A stretch of DNA of 64,000 nt from a virus. Lineage: Duplodnaviria; Caudoviricetes. Below the pieces are notes generated by a model that saw only the letters and a program-made list of their open reading frames with translations, ran no database searches and was not told the origin of the DNA. Where the stretch lies: IMG/VR virus record IMGVR_UViG_3300025139_000012, positions 7,591-71,590 of that record; one strand, 5' to 3'. Of the stretch, positions 27,901 through 39,100 are shown piece by piece; the first letter of the stretch is position 1, and the number at the start of each line of letters is the position of its first letter. The translations under genes were made by a program, and so were the position numbers.

Positions 27901-30681
27901 AAACTTAGATATTTCAAGTATGCTACTATTTCTAAATGGTAGTAGTGAGTCAAACGTTTCTTTGTTTTTAACCCAGAAATAGTATGTTGTGGTTATTAGT
28001 CCAGTTGCTTGGTGGACATTCATCTGAACAACATATTTACTGTCATCGGTGTATTTAGGAACGCCATCACCACTATATTCTGACGGTTTTACTTTACTTG
28101 AAACCCACTCATATACATCTACCGTCGATCCTGGAAACATTTTTCCCCAGTTTCTAGTGCGGTAATCCAATGATCCTTGCTCATACTCTATATACCGCAC
28201 GGAGTCTATATCCCACCATACTTTACCTACCTGTTGACTTCCCCAGCAATAGATGTCAGTAGTTGGATCAGTGTTGTTATACGCTGCGGGGTCAAACGAT
28301 GTTTTAAACTCTATATCGTCCTCGGCTACACCAAGCAGCTTACCCTTAGCTGGATCATAAATGTCCAAGTGCGCAAGAATATTCTGCTGTTTTTGGTTGT
28401 AAATATAGTTTCTAGTGACTGACTTATAATCAACTCTTGGTTCCTGTTTCCTAATCAACTGCCAAGACTGAGACAAATATTTATTTTCAAAAATAGCTAC
28501 TTTACCACCATTAATAGTATTGCCATCAAAGTTTGGCGACCCAACAAAAATACACCCATTGCCAGCAGCAAGTGATTTACCAAAGGTATCTAAGTTTTTA
28601 ATACCAGATTCGCCGAGTTCTTGACTATATGAATAAACTGTGGTGCTATTCCCAGCAAGAAGGTCATATAAATAGACTGCCCCGGAATTTCTTACATAAT
28701 CACTGACTGTCGTAGTACTATTATCAAGCATAAAATACGATCCGTCCTGTGACGCCCTCGACACAGAGTATGCATCTGAACTTGATACTGTTAGATGCTT
28801 AGTTTTAGTATCTACTGCTATGGTAGTACCAAAATGTTCGATATCATGTTGGAACGGTTTTTTAATTAGTTGAACAAATTTAAATTTCCAGTTGCTATTA
28901 TTAAGTGGAATATCTAATAGATATCTATGAACTGCTCCATAATAATACCGTTCATCTGGAATAGCCCACCCTGGTGCTCCAACTAATAACTCAGTACCAC
29001 CTAATGTTAAGAGCAGTGATTCGCCAAACCTGCCATCTATTAGATGCTCATTTGGCTGTAAAACGTCTCTAAGTGTGTACGAGTCTGCCAGAATAGAGTA
29101 TATGTAAACTGCTCCACACTGCGAGGTTGAGTTATACTCAGATTTTGGTGACCCAACGAATAAGTAGTTTCCGTTATAGCTGCATGCCAATGATGCCCCA
29201 AACTCTCCGCTGTTATCCCCAATTATTGAGTAAGCTAGCGTAAACTCATCAGCAAAGTTTTTTCTATAACATTGTACTTTTCCTGCGTTTGGTGCGCTTG
29301 CAAACAGCCACATTCCATCACTACTAATAGAAATAGTGTTGCCAAACCCACTTTTTTCATATTCTAGTTGTATAACTGCTGATGACCCAGTGGTTTGACC
29401 TGCGCTGTTAATAGTTGGAACGACAGTTATTGTCGGGGGAACTATATACCCCAAGCCAAGGTTTAATAGTTTTACGTCGTGAATGATATACGGGCGTAGA
29501 CTTGAAAAGGTTGGTGTAAACACTGTTTCAATTCCGATGCCATTAGTCAATGCGTTACCATTAGTTACGGACACCGTTGGTGCTGATGAGTACCCATAGC
29601 CCCCAGAGATCATATTAACACCAATAATGTTTATTGGAGCAAGAATTTTTGCTGTGGCAGAAGTTGTGGCTGGTCCAGTGCCGGTTATTGTTACTACAGG
29701 GTCAGTTAAATATCCATCACCAGGATTTATTAAACTTATTCCTGTAATAGTGCTCCTAGTATTGAAATAACTTGAAGACACTGAATAACTAATGCCACTG
29801 CCAGTGGTATCGCCCACTGCATTAGTGATAGTGACCGTAATTCCCGACGCTGGGCCATACCCTGAGTTAGCTGAAACATCAATACCAGTGATTTCAAAAT
29901 ATGCTGGGGTGTTATTTGCAGACGCTACTGCAGTTGCCGCAGTAGTTGAGCTACCAACAAAGCTAACTGCTGGAGGTTTGGAATACCCTGCCCCGGCGGA
30001 ATCTAACACTATACCTGTCATAGTAAAGCTAGTATCTTCAATGGATGCAGTTGCTTTCGCTTGCCGTGTAAAATCAGTGTACCAGTTGCTTTTATACAGA
30101 TACGAATATGCCGCGGTTTCAGTAGTCGAGGCTGAATCAACTGTGCTTTCTTTTGCCCCATTTGTCAAGTAATTTGTAACTATTATAGGAGTAAAGTGTA
30201 CCTCAGATTTTGTGTCACCAATGATGCAAGCTCTCCCTGCATTATTAACTAAAGAGGTCCATCTCGCATTGCGAGGCAGTATGGAAGATGTCCATACTGC
30301 TAAATCTGATGTCGAATATAACAAATTTTCAGTATCTGTATTCGCTACTCCTCCAATTGCCACCGGATTGCTATATATTGTACGAGTGGCAAGTATTTTA
30401 TATTCGCCGTTAACTAATGAAATAGAGTTAAATCGTGTTATCTCAGAAATTTGTGTAGACGATGGAATGTTAAAGTACTCAATACCATCAGTTATTAGTG
30501 AGTAATCCCAAGTATCGCCATCAATTGATGTCATCAAATAATAATGATGGTACATTACATAGTGTTGAGGATTACCATCATTGAACTCTTGCTGTGTTTC
30601 TAACGTCGCAACGAAGTTTCCATCTAGTGTGGTTAAATTGGAAACTTCCCATCCAAATAAATTTTCCCCGGGCATTGGCAT
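24973..30681 (-). CDS. Giant baseplate wedge-like protein, C-terminal part
   Basis: 1902 aa; Asp-box repeats, GxGY..P repeats, FG-GAP-like blades, YINEIKPYRTKIREF; own GATAAATA at 30711-30718. Confidence 0.75.
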   Translation of the reverse strand: MPMPGENLFGWEVSNLTTLDGNFVATLETQQEFNDGNPQHYVMYHHYYLMTSIDGDTWDYSLITDGIEYFNIPSSTQISEITRFNSISLVNGEYKILATRTIYSNPVAIGGVANTDTENLLYSTSDLAVWTSSILPRNARWTSLVNNAGRACIIGDTKSEVHFTPIIVTNYLTNGAKESTVDSASTTETAAYSYLYKSNWYTDFTRQAKATASIEDTSFTMTGIVLDSAGAGYSKPPAVSFVGSSTTAATAVASANNTPAYFEITGIDVSANSGYGPASGITVTITNAVGDTTGSGISYSVSSSYFNTRSTITGISLINPGDGYLTDPVVTITGTGPATTSATAKILAPINIIGVNMISGGYGYSSAPTVSVTNGNALTNGIGIETVFTPTFSSLRPYIIHDVKLLNLGLGYIVPPTITVVPTINSAGQTTGSSAVIQLEYEKSGFGNTISISSDGMWLFASAPNAGKVQCYRKNFADEFTLAYSIIGDNSGEFGASLACSYNGNYLFVGSPKSEYNSTSQCGAVYIYSILADSYTLRDVLQPNEHLIDGRFGESLLLTLGGTELLVGAPGWAIPDERYYYGAVHRYLLDIPLNNSNWKFKFVQLIKKPFQHDIEHFGTTIAVDTKTKHLTVSSSDAYSVSRASQDGSYFMLDNSTTTVSDYVRNSGAVYLYDLLAGNSTTVYSYSQELGESGIKNLDTFGKSLAAGNGCIFVGSPNFDGNTINGGKVAIFENKYLSQSWQLIRKQEPRVDYKSVTRNYIYNQKQQNILAHLDIYDPAKGKLLGVAEDDIEFKTSFDPAAYNNTDPTTDIYCWGSQQVGKVWWDIDSVRYIEYEQGSLDYRTRNWGKMFPGSTVDVYEWVSSKVKPSEYSGDGVPKYTDDSKYVVQMNVHQATGLITTTYYFWVKNKETFDSLLPFRNSSILEISKFIAYPTQQDIPYAAYIKNNAVSLFNIAKYISADSTIFHVGYDLLNTDTLIHNEFKLVNETALTSELPSNIVEKLIDSLAGEDQNGNIVPDYRLTEAERYGISIRPRQTLLVNKLQGVKNIVQYVNAVLKDVPAAEEFDLTQLTSADKIPFTWDEQGNSMIVDSYEELSYLDMTALRKPVYTLASLNDPDNIATVKTSFGQSILVMADANFDNEWTIYEVDYEKNDLGILDQTTPVFKLARTQSYRTADYWDYADWYLPGYDFTIKPTYTVDTIKDMAKLTLAPNDTIRVRDSGGGKFKVFSVNYDLSTTVVGIQNGTIQLSDALWSHNTNKIGFDNDNFDSVKFDLNPGVELRNILYALRDSIFVNTLSTEFTKMFFMMLQYILSEQRLVDWVFKSSFISVLHNLRQLAQYPSYVRDNQTYLSDYINEIKPYRTKIREFVTNYDGYDTGNITATDFDLPSYYDTDLQTWRSPNGEHARDAGIIASRDEYLSWRTNNTYHIQSVTVETPGIGYIVPPILTVTGGGLPDGDIRHAKLTAVVSFATGTVLKVNVDSHGSGYTSRPTIVVTGGGVDNSNIEGGVAACYAVMGNSNVRTFDTVIKLDRVSYSTDITPWQANTDYNANNYVTFQHVVYQANNSINSGDFFNITQFTEVADHGLTTAVDRSSAYYQPTPGMAPNIPERLFGGVSYPGNTLDGNRLGEEDYDAIIESYFTDLELGTSTDYSSIVDSGKFISAYTSHAPEEMLPGMMYDTLYITVINKDTGTLPPVGFRISSGMIQDYFTSFDIDSVTMFDGSSENFDEAQTTFNELHTEFDDGVATFDRESINWDITRVSERNTTVLTEPLVWPPVDANPVIHVADVSALPIPSLLLRTPGVIYINGERITYYTIDPITNTLGQLRRGVAGTGIGAEYPVGTKVSDISAEQQLPAGSATTAWYTALSGVGITGYTNDGTGLLQQTSPQSVFLQQSPAGPVSISV

Positions 30682-30737
30682 ATTAAACGTTTACCTGTGT
30701 GACTTTATTATATTTATCCTGCCAGAATATAGTGATT

Positions 30738-32288
30738 TCATAGGTTATTTGCCTTCGCCCACGCCATTGATGTTCCAGCTGGCCATCCGTATAATGCATC
30801 TATATCTGCTGCTGTTTTGCCTATACTCATTGCGTACTGCCAAAGTGTCAGTTCAGATGATCTGCCATTTCTTACTGCAGGATCATTTGCATACGCATTT
30901 ACTGCTACTTTAGTCCATGCAGGCGTCGCGGGAGTTGCGGCCGTTGTGGCGGGTATTGATGTAGTAACTGGAGTAGGAACTGGTGTAGGAACTGGTGTGG
31001 GTTTCGGAGTTATACTACTAGTCGCAGCAGGTGGTACATAATTAGATGAGTTTGAACTTTGTAAATCTGGTATGTTTGCTCTAGCCCACGCCATTGATGT
31101 TCCAGCTGGCCATCCGTATAATGCATCTATATCTGCTGCTGTTTTGCCTATACTCATTGCGTACTGCCAAAGTGTCAGTTCAGATGATCTGCCATTTCTT
31201 ACTGCAGGATCATTTGCATACGCATTTACTGCTACTTTAGTCCATGGAATATTCACTGTGGTTAGACTATTCCAATCAAACTCCGGTTCTGTGTTAGCTA
31301 TCCACGGTTTAATAAATGGGCTTATATTTCCCCCACCATCCCACAGAAGTTTAATGCGGGAATTTGATCTTCGAATTTCATTTATTGTCTGTATAAAAAT
31401 ACTATTTTTTACTATTGGAATCTGAGTGGCAGGGTCAGTACTGACACTTTTTATCCATGCATCCTTTACTGTTCCTTGACCTAAGGTATTGGGTTGTGCC
31501 GCTAACCAATTTATATATTGTTGCTGCTCTGGAACTGTAATAGCTGCAGCACTTCCATTTTGCACAATGTCTGGGGTCGCTAAGTGGGCTGCATCTTCGC
31601 CGCTACCCGGGCTTCTTGGTGTTGCAGGGGTAGATGCATCAGGTCCGCTTCCTGGTGTAAATCCGCTTCCTGGTGTAAATGCAGTATATCGATATATTGG
31701 TATTGATACGGGCCTGAAATACTTTTTATTTTCAAACAAGAAATTAACTTTAAGAGAAGTTGAAGTAGTTGACGTCGATAGCGGAGTGATATCCAATGGT
31801 CCAGAGTATGCGCCAGATGAGTCAAGATATATATGCTTTTCTCCTGGGGTGATCACTACTGGGGGTATTGTTGGATTACCTGCCGCTGTTGTTGCAACCC
31901 ACTCGGGTTCAGTTAACACTTTATTCAAATTAGTAAGGTCAGATAGTCTTGTGATGACATAATTTTTATACCCTACTACTCTATTACCGATTAATTTTGC
32001 AATAACATCAGCAGTTGAATACCCAGATGCTGTACTTAGATTATTTGTCGAATACTCAGTAATGTCTATATATTCTTGCATTGTAATGCCCGGCGCATCA
32101 TCCGCGGTTAGCAGCATTAAATCAGCAGCAATCTTTGAAACTACCTGAGAAGGTGAATAAGGTGGTGTTACATACGCGTTACTTACAAACTCCTTAATTG
32201 TTAGTCCAGTGTCAATTTTAACACGAAATGCATCAAAAGTGACCACTGTGTTTGTTATTTTACTTTTAAATGCTGCAATTAGTTTCAT
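30738..32288 (-). CDS. Hypothetical protein with a duplicated 54-aa domain and Pro/Thr linker
   Basis: 516-aa ORF; WTKVAVNAYANDP...GTSMAWA occurs twice. Confidence 0.75.
   Translation of the reverse strand: MKLIAAFKSKITNTVVTFDAFRVKIDTGLTIKEFVSNAYVTPPYSPSQVVSKIAADLMLLTADDAPGITMQEYIDITEYSTNNLSTASGYSTADVIAKLIGNRVVGYKNYVITRLSDLTNLNKVLTEPEWVATTAAGNPTIPPVVITPGEKHIYLDSSGAYSGPLDITPLSTSTTSTSLKVNFLFENKKYFRPVSIPIYRYTAFTPGSGFTPGSGPDASTPATPRSPGSGEDAAHLATPDIVQNGSAAAITVPEQQQYINWLAAQPNTLGQGTVKDAWIKSVSTDPATQIPIVKNSIFIQTINEIRRSNSRIKLLWDGGGNISPFIKPWIANTEPEFDWNSLTTVNIPWTKVAVNAYANDPAVRNGRSSELTLWQYAMSIGKTAADIDALYGWPAGTSMAWARANIPDLQSSNSSNYVPPAATSSITPKPTPVPTPVPTPVTTSIPATTAATPATPAWTKVAVNAYANDPAVRNGRSSELTLWQYAMSIGKTAADIDALYGWPAGTSMAWAKANNL
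30757..31246. repeat. Identical 163-bp direct repeat (30757-30919 and 31084-31246)
   Basis: Manual alignment, no mismatch seen. Confidence 0.92.
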
Positions 32289-32804
32289 AATTATGCCGTT
32301 TTATAAAAATCTATAAAACTGACTAGACGTTTCAATGAATCTACCTTCGGTATTTCTACTTTAGGATTTACTGACTCTCGACGTCTGTAATCGGCTAATT
32401 CGGCCGATGTTAAACTATAAAGATCATCTAGACCTTTATAGAGTATGTTTACTGAAGCATTTAGATCTCGATCATGTTTAGTACCACAGCTAGGACATGT
32501 CCAATCTCTAGTAGATAGGTCTTTAATGAACTTTTCGTCTTGTGGTAAACAAGGACCAATAAAATTATGATTGAAAGATGCAACAAATTGATTCCAGATA
32601 TATCTAACCGCACCAAAGTTACGGTCCAGAAAACTAGACTGTTCCTTAGTGGGATAGATTCGGTATTTGAATGATTTTAGAACTAATTGAGTCATAAATT
32701 ATATTGGATTATATAGTTTAGTTAATGTTTTAAGTTTACCATATATAAATTATATTGAAGTTATATGGTTATTTATGGTAATTTATGGTAATTAAAATTT
32801 AGTC
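32287..32804 (-). mobile_element. tnpB: Internally deleted TnpB family B element (mini-tnpB ORF 32291..32695)
   Basis: N-terminal ~60 aa fused in frame to the C-terminal ~70 aa of the 45214..46449 protein; shares its AT-rich leader and GGCATAATTAT end. Confidence 0.9.
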
Positions 32805-32825
32805 ATATTATTTCCTGTAGCCGCA

Positions 32826-33155
32826 TTAAACTTCAGTTGAGGTGTAAACAACAGTATCGTTTTTAACACCACCAGAAATTGAGACTGTCAAGTCAACTTG
32901 AGTTCCAGCATTGATGGCCGGTGGTACAATTGACACGTTAAGAGAGTTACTAGGATTTGTAATTGGCGGGGGCAGTGGTGCAGTAGTCCTGGAAGATGCT
33001 ACTGCCACGGGTTGCCCGGGTGGGGTAACCTGTATTGAATTCCACGTTGTTAAATCTGCCGTAGCGGACGCAAATATTATTGGTGAATTTACTAATCCAA
33101 ATGTCTTTTGAATTAGACTTTTCGTACCGTTGCTAAAAATTTTGTTGCTATTCAT
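32826..33155 (-). CDS. Small ORF, probable fragment of the giant baseplate protein
   Basis: Asp-box-like ATADLTTWN; starts 8 nt after the stop of the 2894-aa ORF. Confidence 0.55.
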   Translation of the reverse strand: MNSNKIFSNGTKSLIQKTFGLVNSPIIFASATADLTTWNSIQVTPPGQPVAVASSRTTAPLPPPITNPSNSLNVSIVPPAINAGTQVDLTVSISGGVKNDTVVYTSTEV

Positions 33156-33163
33156 AAGTTCAC

Positions 33164-36100
33164 CTACCAGTAATATGCTCTAACAGGAAACACTGATTCT
33201 GCCGCGGCAGGCAATATTGTTATTGCTTGCCAAATAATTCCATCGTCTGATGTAAGCAGTGTATCGGTTTCGGTTTCGTTGAGTTGGGTAATAGCAAACT
33301 TATTATTAACATAGGTAATATCTAGATTATTTATGACTGACAAATCTAATGTCTCTAATATCGGTTTCATATTAGTTTCTTGTGCAGTCCATGTTTTACC
33401 ATCTTCTGTAGATATTAGCCAAATAGTATTTGATGTAATAGCAGCGTAATCTGGTGGTATCGACCGTTGACAAGCTAGCGCATACAATTTATTATTTGCA
33501 ATGATTGGCACACCCAAGAAAAGTTCTTTCCCATTGTTATCAATTATCATGTTTTCTACCCAATTCACACCATTGGATGAAATGTACAAACTATGCTCTG
33601 CATTGACACCCAAATCAACCAACACGTAAACACCAGCAAACAAAGTTGCATACGGATTAAAGAAAGATTTAGAAACCGCGTTTGTGATCCATGAATTATT
33701 AAGAGTTAACGAACCAGCAGCGCCTAGCACAGTCGCGACCCCTGATTTAATGATAGTTGACGCAATATTTTCAAACGTCGTGCCGCCACCATAAACTTCA
33801 ATCACTGGGGTGTCTAAGTATCCTGCTCCCGGATCAGTAAGGGTGATTCCTGATATTTCGTAAAACCCAGTGCTTGGGTTGAGTGCGCCTTCAATAGATG
33901 CTCGAGATGTGTCTGTCGAAGCACCGAATATTTGAGCATATGGCTTACTAGTGTATCCCAGCCCTACGTCAGTTAGCGCCACCGAGGCTAACTTAGCACC
34001 AACCAATGTTCCAGTGACGTGGGCGGCTGCCCCTGAGCCGTCGCCAGTAAACACTATAAATGGTGGCTTTTGATAACCATCCCCAGCATTGACCATTGTG
34101 ACACCTGTCACTGAACCTGTTGCCGCCGAGACATAATTTCCTAAAATAACTGCGTTAGCCTGTATCCCTAAGGGATCTGTTGGTGCGCTGATGACAACTT
34201 CTGGTGGAAGAGTGTAATTGCTGCCGAGCGAGGTCAAGGTGATTTCTATTGATCCAAACGACTCTGGCACTGCCACTACTGTTAACGATGCAGTTGCTTG
34301 AATACCGCCAGAAACTTCTGGTGCAGCAATAGATACAGTTGGTACAGTATCATACAGATTATCAGGTACAGTCAAAGTTATGTCATCCACTGGAATGCCA
34401 GTTAGCGGCACAGCTCTTTCTGTTATCAGCTCAGCACGAGCGCCAGTTCCACCGCCCCCCGCAATATTGACAGTAAAGTTATCTAGACACGTATAACCGC
34501 TTACTCCGCTGCTATTAAATCCTAAGTTCGCCGCTGACAACGCAGTTGATGCATCAACAAACTCACCAACAATCTCTATTTCTAAGTTTTTTCCAGAATC
34601 AACGTAATACGATCCAGACCCATTATCTGAATAATAATACCCCGGTGTAATGACAATTTCAGGTATAGAGGTGTAGTTGACCCCAGGGCTTACTAATGTT
34701 GCTCCAGTAATTTTTATGCCTGCGGTGTCATACAATGTATTCTTTTGAACACCGCTACCTTCGACACCAAGCAAATAAGTAAGGATGCTACTTTGTGTAG
34801 TTGCAGAATAATACTCTAAGTTATCTGAACTTATTGCAATAGACTTATCACCAATGGCAATAGCTTTTCCAAATATATCCGCACTTCTATAATGCTCAGT
34901 ATCAGTAGTGCCTGGACTTATTTCATAAAGCCCCAAATAGTTTTTAATAAATGGTCTAGGTAATTTTCCAATTTGACCAGGAGATCCAACTATGACGATA
35001 GACCCATCTTCATTTGATGCAATAGTAGACCCATACTGCTCACTTAGTGACAACGGAATTGGTTTATTGTCGACTCCTAGCTCATTTAAGTCTGAAGAAT
35101 ATTTCCACGGGCTTGTTTTGTTGTACACTGCCCATCCGTTGATTGTATTTTTGTCAGCCCATACTTTGTCACCATCTTTCCAACTAAACTTCGGAGTAAG
35201 ATTAGCTACTTCAATCAACTCGTCAACACGCATGCTTGACAGATTAAACAGAGTTCCATATCCTTCCATATTTGGCGTTGAAATCATTGTTGCTTCAAGG
35301 CTTGAAGAAATCGTAGCATACACAGTATGCATACTAGTGATGCGATATACACGGTAAAAGTTATCAACATCAGCGGAGAAGTTTTTAATAACAAATACTT
35401 CACCAACCGATAGCTTGTGCGGTAGATCTGTTGTAAACTCAGCAATTCCATCTAAGTTATAGTCAGCATTGGTAATATGTATTTGAGATTCAGACACGCG
35501 CAAAACATCCCAATCCCCGTCTAAGTTTTTAGCTACCCAAATCTTGAATCCACTGTATACTTTTGAGGCTAAGTCGCCAATGAAGGCTGGGTTTGACAAA
35601 TCAAAAATTGTAGCATCTATGTCATCTAAATGAACATACCCTGCTGACGGGAAATCGTTTTCTGAGTTTACCGAATCATCTCTATCATTTAGGAAGTTTG
35701 GTCTGAAAGTTAGCGGCTTTTTATACAATGTGTTATAGTACATTGTCACAGAGTTTTCAGATTGCAACTCATCACCTGGATTCTGCAAGTTAAATGCTAC
35801 TGGATCTTGTTTAAACAATGCTTCGCCTAGCTGCACTTCTAGGAACTGGTTGCTTTCAAGAGCACCATACTCTCCAACACGGAATGCCCATTCTTCAGTT
35901 ACCGCAATTTTACCAGTGATATGATTTATTGACAAATCGCCCAAAGCAGAAATAGCAGCATGTGTGCCTTTGTCTTTAATAAATCCTTGATAGAATTTGG
36001 ATTGAGATGTTGGGGAAATACCCAAATCTATTAGGTAGCTTCTAGATTGATTTCCTATTAGGCCATCACTTAGTGAATTTAAGTTGTTATCTTGAACCTG

Positions 36101-39100
36101 CCCATCAATGTCATACATGTTTTCAAATCTACCAGCACCATATGCCAGATTTGGAATAATTCCAGATTTGAAAAAAGTAGAATCCACCTGCTTCCATTTT
36201 GTAAAGTCAAAGTTATCGCTGGCAAGAATCTTAGCCAAGGCCGTATAAATGTTTCCTTTGTATTGAACAATCTCGCCCTTGTTGTAATCTCTAAATACTT
36301 CCCAGCCAGCTATATCTGCATTGGTATGCATAAATCCTGGAAGGCTTAGTTGCCCTGTCCAGTTATCTGTCTTATTGCCAATGAGTTTTAGCCTATATTG
36401 TCGATTTCCCAATGCAGGTGCATAGATAATATCTTTAAACTCAGTTTGATTGTCAAATATCAGCACATGCTCATACTGAACTAATGCTAACGACACTAGG
36501 CCAATGGTTCGATCCGCAGGAGTAGTTATTGAAAACACCCCGTCATTGCGCACAATAGAACTTTGTTTAGGCGGGATAAAGTTAAATCCAACGTCAAGTA
36601 TCTTAGATCCTAATCTAGAGTTTTCAATCTTATCTACTACTGCAGCCGGGTGTATTACCGTAAACTCATTCAATAATGGTGATAGCACCAGTAAACTACC
36701 ATTTCCCCATCCTTGCTGCGCCCAAGTTAAAAATTCCTTGACCGATAACTCCCAATTTCGTTCTTCACCGAGTGATTGATCAAATGTTTTAAACTGGAGT
36801 CCAAGTGATATCAAATATCTACCATAACTCACAATGAAGTCAACAACTTGTTGTGTATTTCTAAATTCTTGTCCATAAGGAATATCTACTACTGCATCTT
36901 CCCATCCCTCATAAATTGTGCCAGCTAAATTTAAAACTGTTACTGTATGTTTAGCCGATGCGGTATTACTTGGTATAATCTTGAATATTGGGTTAGATAC
37001 ATTATACCCCGAAACAGTAAACCCAGCCGGAGTAGAGGTTATAACTAACGCACTATAGTTAATGACTGATACTGGTGACGATTTATGTAGATATACCTTG
37101 TAGTTTTCATCAGGTATTACTACTGAATTATTAGCACTGTTTGGATTACTTTGCTCAGCATAAATTTTCAAATAGTTTTTATCAGTGAATCCTGCTACCT
37201 TATAGCCAAGATTGATTGACACTCTGTCTACATATTTGTGAAGTAGCGTACTAGGATTAACACCACGACTAGTAGCATAATCAACAATCCAGTTAGTATA
37301 TCCTGCATTGCGCATTATTGTGTCGTCAATGTTTTCACCGTTGAAAACAAAATCCAATGGTGTTATTTTTTGTTTTGTATCTTCAATGAAAAACTGATTA
37401 GTTGCTGGGTGGCGGCGATATTTTTGTATGCTGGCCAAACTTCCAAAATATACACTAGGACGCATTAACGCAATCGCTTGCTGCACTGCGAAAGGATAGT
37501 CACTACTTCTTCTCCAAGCAGATTCAATCGGTCCAACATCACCCATGTTAAATGGAGCTTTTGCAGTGCCAGTGTCAGGCACATGTGTCAAAAACGATAC
37601 TGGTGAGCGTAGTTCCCCAGAATCAGTGACTGGAATAATGTTAGTGACGCCGGGTCTTGCATACAGTTTGTTAATGCCTGCGCGTGGGCCTTCACGAATC
37701 AACCCTTGCTCTAGATCTCCCCATAGCACCAAGTTGCCGCCAGTGTAAGGGGCTACTCCGTAATATGTTTCCCACCATTCAGGTTTTTCTGAGAACCCAA
37801 GTGATTCCCATGGCCTAGTGTGCGGGGCGTCAGTGCCATACAAGAACAAAAATATACCTCTCCAATATCCCGGTAATACAGTATTGTTTAGTCTAAGATC
37901 AGCATTGAAAATACGGTTGCTAGAGTAGTTCCAAGTGAAAAAGTTTTTTTCATCAAACCAGTCATTTGTAGTTATAGCGACACGGTTTGACCCCAACCAT
38001 TGAGTATAACTACTGCTAATAATATTGTCAAATTCTGATTTGATATATCCAGTATTCCTGAATCGCTCTGGCACAATGCTGTTAATGTCAAATACTAACG
38101 GGTCATATGTTGCTTTAATGTTGTTGTATATTCTTTTCTCTAATTCAAGCAGTAACTCGTCGCGAACATCTCCAAATGCCGGAGTTATGCTGCCATCATG
38201 CCCACGAATTACTTGTATAGGGGTAAGGTAGGTGTCGTCAATAAATATCTCTGGAGTAAACTTGGGGTATAGCCCTAGTTTTGTTGGAGTTTCTGGGACA
38301 TAGCAACCATCAGTATTAGCATAAATTACAATGTTAATAACATCATCGTATTCAAGCAAGTGTTTAAACACAATAGACGGCCTAGTTTTGCTAAACTCAT
38401 AGTCATGATTTTTAATCAGCTGAATCCCGTTTACATATACTAATATTGCTTGATTACTGAGTTTTGTGTCATCAAATATCGTCGGAATTTCGTATTCCAA
38501 GATTTCAGTTGCTAACACTGTGTACTCGATAACTTTCTTATTTTGGTCATATGGCACCATGTCAGAGTAGTACCATGGCATTTGAATATTGTTAACTGCA
38601 TTTATTTTGAGCATAATAGCGTCAACAGTTGCAGGTACATTACCGCGATTTGCTGCAATTTCTCCAGCATTTTCAAGGAACTTATATTTAAACTTTGAAT
38701 ATTCAAACTGTGCAGCACGTATACTATCCATGAAACTTACTTCATCATTCAATAAGAATAATGAACTGTAAATCATCGGAGAACTATGCTGCAAAATATT
38801 CCCACCACGAGATTTAATGTCTAGATCTCGCAGGTTATTGCTTGCCAATGGAACACCAACTAGTTCAGGGGACTTCTCTGCTATTTTTAAGACATGCTTA
38901 CGCATTTGTCCCAACGTAATATGCGAAAAAGATTCATTCAGTGCATTTAGCTCCAAATTCTCTGGTATTTCGTAATATCCAATATTAGATGATGTAGTAG
39001 AGTAGATTAAAAAATCTACCCTGTCATCTTTTACGATAGGGTATTTTACATACAATGTCAGCACTGCTGGAACACCACTAGAAACATCCCCTACTTTAAC

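Noticed and set aside
30757-31246. DGR template/variable repeat pair
   Set aside because: The copies are identical (no adenine-specific differences), both lie in frame in one ORF, and no reverse transcriptase is in the window.
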